DNA from: an uncultured Aquificales bacterium
Lineage (GTDB): Bacteria; Thermosulfidibacterota; Thermosulfidibacteria; Thermosulfidibacterales; Thermosulfidibacteraceae
Assembly: GCA_964453345.1 (NCBI GenBank)
Contig: CAYVOC010000045.1
Span: forward strand, 1 to 10,796
Direction: 5' to 3'
DNA: 10,796 bases
The position numbers and the translations under genes are program-made. Positions 8,198 through 10,796 of this stretch are shown piece after piece. Every line of letters begins with the position of its first letter. Position 1 is the stretch's first letter. The notes below the pieces were generated by a model, which saw only the letters and a list, made by a program, of their open reading frames with translations, had not been told where the DNA came from and did no database searches.

Positions 8198-8200
8198 GAC

Positions 8201-8208
8201 TTCACCTC
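8201..8208 (-). promoter_or_regulatory. Strong Shine-Dalgarno site for gspG
   Basis: Minus strand reads GTGAGGTGAAGTC-ATG. GAGGTGA is complementary to the 16S rRNA 3' end and includes the gspF TGA stop. Confidence 0.7.
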
Positions 8209-9416
8209 ACGATATCATTCACGCTGAATATAGCACTTATCATAGAAACAACAATAGATCCAACCAGAAGCCCCATCCCCAGTATAGTCACAGGCTCTAT
8301 AAGGGCAACCCCCTTCTTCAGCGCCCCCTCAAGCTCCTTCTCTAAGGCGGTGGACGCCACCATAAGCATTTCTCCCAAGGTCCCGGTTTCCTCCCCAACT
8401 TCGCACAGACCCACCACAAGCGGATGCCATAGGCTGTGGGGGACGAGGACCTTGGAGAGTCTCTCCCCTTCCCTGACCCTTCTGTAAACCTCGTCTAAGG
8501 AGGCCCGGTATAATGGATTGGAAAACATCTCCTTAACTATACTCAGCGCCTTGAGCATGGGAACCCCGTTTTCCAGAAGAGCCCCAAGATTGGAGCAGAA
8601 CTTAACATTTTCCGCCTTGACCAGTATCCTGCCAATAAATGGCAGCTTCAAAAGAAAGGCGTATGCCCTTTCCCTGTTCTCTTCCTTCTTCAGCCAGAGT
8701 TTGATCCCCAGGGGCGTAAGTAAAAGTAGCATCAGGATAATCGGCCAGTTCTTGCCGAAAAAGCCTCCCATGGAGGCAAGGAGGGGGAGGGGGAAGGGGG
8801 GAGAGACCCCCATGGAAGAAAAAATCTCAGAGAACTTTGGTACCACAAACACTATGAGCACCACAACCGATGCTATTCCCGTAAGAATCAGAAAGGCTGG
8901 GTATATGGTTGAAGAGATTACCGTTTCCCTGAGTTCCATGGTTCTTTCTATATGCCTGTGAATCCTGTCCAGAACAGCCGGAAGCATTCCTCCAGACTCC
9001 CCGGCCCTTATCATGTTGACATAGAGCCTCGAAAACACCTTGGGATACTTCATAAGTGCATCGCTTAAGGAAGATCCCCCTCTTACATCATACCTGATGC
9101 TCTCAATGAGAACCCTCATAGAAGGATTTTCGGAAACCTCCGAACATATGGCTAATGCCCGGTCCATGGGGACTCCTGCATTTAGAAGAACGGCGAGGGA
9201 TCTGAAGAACATCATCACATCGGACAGCCCTACCCTCCTGGGGAAAATCCCCTTGGGCAGCCTCAGCTTTGCACCGCCAGAGACCTCCTTAACAACCAAA
9301 GGGATCAGCTCCTGAGAGTAGAGATAGTCCACAACCTCTTTGCGACTCTCTGCCTTTTTTTCGCCAGTTATCACTTTGCCCTTTTTATCTGCAGCCTTGT
9401 AGGAAAAAAGCTTCAA
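8202..9416 (-). CDS. gspF: T2SS inner membrane platform protein GspF (PulF/PilC family)
   Basis: TTG start after GGGGGA, 404 aa. 'FSYKAADKKGK...G', 'LAVLLNAGVPM..AL', 'GSSLSDAL..P.VFS.LYVNMIRAGESGG.L', 'IYPAFL', 'VVPKF', 'VGEETGTL', 'LIEPV'. Confidence 0.96.
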   Translation of the reverse strand: MKLFSYKAADKKGKVITGEKKAESRKEVVDYLYSQELIPLVVKEVSGGAKLRLPKGIFPRRVGLSDVMMFFRSLAVLLNAGVPMDRALAICSEVSENPSMRVLIESIRYDVRGGSSLSDALMKYPKVFSRLYVNMIRAGESGGMLPAVLDRIHRHIERTMELRETVISSTIYPAFLILTGIASVVVLIVFVVPKFSEIFSSMGVSPPFPLPLLASMGGFFGKNWPIILMLLLLTPLGIKLWLKKEENRERAYAFLLKLPFIGRILVKAENVKFCSNLGALLENGVPMLKALSIVKEMFSNPLYRASLDEVYRRVREGERLSKVLVPHSLWHPLVVGLCEVGEETGTLGEMLMVASTALEKELEGALKKGVALIEPVTILGMGLLVGSIVVSMISAIFSVNDIVR

Positions 9417-9425
9417 GGTTTCCCC

Positions 9426-10007
9426 CTAAAAGAACTTCACAGGTATGATCAAAAGCCACCTATCTTCGGCTCGTATTCCAATAAACTTCGGCATCCCTCC
9501 CTCCCATCTTGACCGCCACCTTTTCCCGTCGCCGTATTCAAAACGCAGATTCGTGTTCTCTTCAAAGTCCATTACCACAAACCAGGGCTTTTCTTCTCCA
9601 GCGCCGTCCCTGATGAACTCAATATAATCCTCGCCCTTCACCAGAGAAACATCCCTTTCGAGCAGCTTCCCATCCTCCAACCTGTACTCAACCCCATATA
9701 TTCCCGGCAAACCAACCGCCGTAGCCTTAACAAAACTGGCGAATCTCACATAGTCCGACTCTCCCCGAAAACTCATAATTTTACCGAATACCTTGTCTGG
9801 AATGTTCTGAAGCTGTCTGAAGAAGAGAACTACGGCCAGATCAGACCTCAACACCTTTTCCGCCGCCTCCTTTTGCTTCCCATAGGAGGAGACGAAGGTT
9901 CTGAGAGCCGATGCTCCCACTACAACCACGAGCATGGTTATGGTCAGGGCCACTATGACCTCGAGCAGCGTAAAGCCAGCTTTATATTTACTTTCAAAGG
10001 ATAACAT
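9426..10007 (-). CDS. gspJ: Minor pseudopilin, GspJ-like
   Basis: Motif 'KYKAG|FTLLEVIVALTI', plus 'FRQLQN', 'FRGESDYVRF', 'VEYRLEDGKLLER' and C-terminal 'LRFEYGDGKRWRSRWEGGMPKFIGI', all GspJ-like. Start moved from the track's GTG at 10034 to ATG at 10007, giving a short prepilin leader (MLSFESKYKAG, 193 aa). The exact start is uncertain. Confidence 0.75.
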   Translation of the reverse strand: MLSFESKYKAGFTLLEVIVALTITMLVVVVGASALRTFVSSYGKQKEAAEKVLRSDLAVVLFFRQLQNIPDKVFGKIMSFRGESDYVRFASFVKATAVGLPGIYGVEYRLEDGKLLERDVSLVKGEDYIEFIRDGAGEEKPWFVVMDFEENTNLRFEYGDGKRWRSRWEGGMPKFIGIRAEDRWLLIIPVKFF

Positions 10008-10045
10008 GCTGATAAAAGAACTACTACACGGCACGGGAGTTTACA

Positions 10046-10796
10046 ATGAAGGAAACCTATCGCATAGATCCTGAACACAAACTGCTGGTTACCCAGGAAG
10101 CTGAGGAACTTCCCCCCGATCCATGGTTGGTTCTCTCCCCCCATCCGGATGACGAGAGCATCGGATTAGGGGGTATCTTGGCAAAGGGAGCAAAGGAAGG
10201 AAAGCAAATCCACATCCTCCATCTCACATCGGGAGAAAAAACCGCTGATCCCACCATTAGAGAGGGTGAAGCCTTAAAGGCAGCATCTCTGCTTGGCATT
10301 CCCGATAACAATGTGAGTTTCGCAGGGCTTCCCGATGGGAAATTGAAAGACAATATAGAAAGCATAGTAGAAATACTAAACGACTTCTTCGAAAAGCTAC
10401 AGCCGTATACCATTTTTGTGCCCTCTCCGGTGGAATATCATCCCGATCACAGAGCCATATTCGCTGCCTTCTCCCTGTGGGCAAAACAGGCAGATCCCGA
10501 CTACAATCGATTGATGGCCGTTTACAGCATCTCAAGGCAGTTTGATGCAAACTATCTGGTGTGCATAGACGATGTGGTATCCCTGAAAGTGAAGGCCATA
10601 AGAAGCTACCAGTCGCAGGAACCCCTCAAAAGGTATATAAGAACAGCTTTGAGCATCAATGCAGCATCCGCCTATGGTCTTGAGAAATGCAAACTCGCTG
10701 AACCCTTAGTGCTCCTGCCCGTGCCAGAACATTTCCGTGTCGCTCACCATCTTCTAAAAACAGATAAAGAGCAGGAGCTTGAAGAGTATATAGATA
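10046..10796 (+). CDS. PIG-L/LmbE family de-N-acetylase (partial, runs off right edge)
   Basis: Manual translation from ATG 10046 (GGGAG upstream) is open for 250 codons: MKETYRIDPEHKLLVTQEAEELPPDPWLVLSPHPDDESIGLGGIL...HLTSGE...IREGEALKAASLLGI...GLPDGKL...PSPVEYHPDHRA...KVKAIRSYQSQ. The HPDDE (10142-10156) and HPDH (10439-10450) metal-binding motifs, R..E and Y.SQ are hallmarks of the family. Confidence 0.9.
   Translation, partial: MKETYRIDPEHKLLVTQEAEELPPDPWLVLSPHPDDESIGLGGILAKGAKEGKQIHILHLTSGEKTADPTIREGEALKAASLLGIPDNNVSFAGLPDGKLKDNIESIVEILNDFFEKLQPYTIFVPSPVEYHPDHRAIFAAFSLWAKQADPDYNRLMAVYSISRQFDANYLVCIDDVVSLKVKAIRSYQSQEPLKRYIRTALSINAASAYGLEKCKLAEPLVLLPVPEHFRVAHHLLKTDKEQELEEYID

Noticed and set aside
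8158-8305. 12-bp direct repeat GCTCTATAAGGG at 8158 and 8294
   Set aside because: Both copies encode L-I-E in conserved motifs of GspG and GspF. Two copies only, most likely codon coincidence.
8763-8810. G-rich tract (GGGGGAGGGGGAAGGGGGG) and small hairpin GCCTCC-CAT-GGAGGC
   Set aside because: Explained by Pro codons in the GspF periplasmic loop (GVSPPFPLPLL). Only three long G runs and no U-tract, so neither a convincing G-quadruplex nor a terminator.
1472-9627. Many plus-strand ORFs of 60-147 aa in the ORF track
   Set aside because: They lie antisense to well-supported gsp genes, are Ser/Leu/Phe/Pro-rich as expected for shadows of purine-rich coding strands, and show no recognisable motifs.
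879-10007. Interpretation as a type IV pilus or competence system
   Set aside because: The major pilin has unambiguous GspG motifs, GspK is present, the secretin has GspD-type N domains, and no PilT or PilM is present.
10008-10034. Upstream GTG start for gspJ (MPCSSSFIS extension)
   Set aside because: Gives an atypical leader, has no RBS and abuts the PIG-L RBS. ATG at 10007 is more plausible, though not proven.
9953-10550. Minus-strand ORFs 9953-10144, 10057-10413 and 10257-10550
   Set aside because: Antisense to the PIG-L deacetylase, which has clear catalytic motifs.

Overview
The minus strand carries one tightly packed, probably co-transcribed operon. It encodes a type II secretion system (T2SS) in a shuffled order (gspJ-F-G-K-E-I-L-M-D-H) that runs straight into a Wzm-type polysaccharide ABC-transporter permease and then the first 22 codons of a probable GNAT acetyltransferase at the left edge. 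A PIG-L/LmbE-family de-N-acetylase (HPDDE...HPDH) starts divergently on the plus strand at 10046 and runs off the right edge. Neither edge gene is in the ORF track. Notable points: no gspC/N/O/S in the cluster, a lipoprotein secretin (LSAC lipobox), a GspK that seems to lack its prepilin leader, a degenerate MshEN motif in GspE, and a wzm with no adjacent wzt. The best overall hypothesis (inference) is a dedicated T2SS plus surface-glycan locus, for example for S-layer or glycoprotein export and anchoring. Codon usage (many ATA, AGG/AGA, Lys/Glu-rich proteins) suggests a thermophilic Gram-negative bacterium. No RNA genes, CRISPR arrays or mobile elements were seen.
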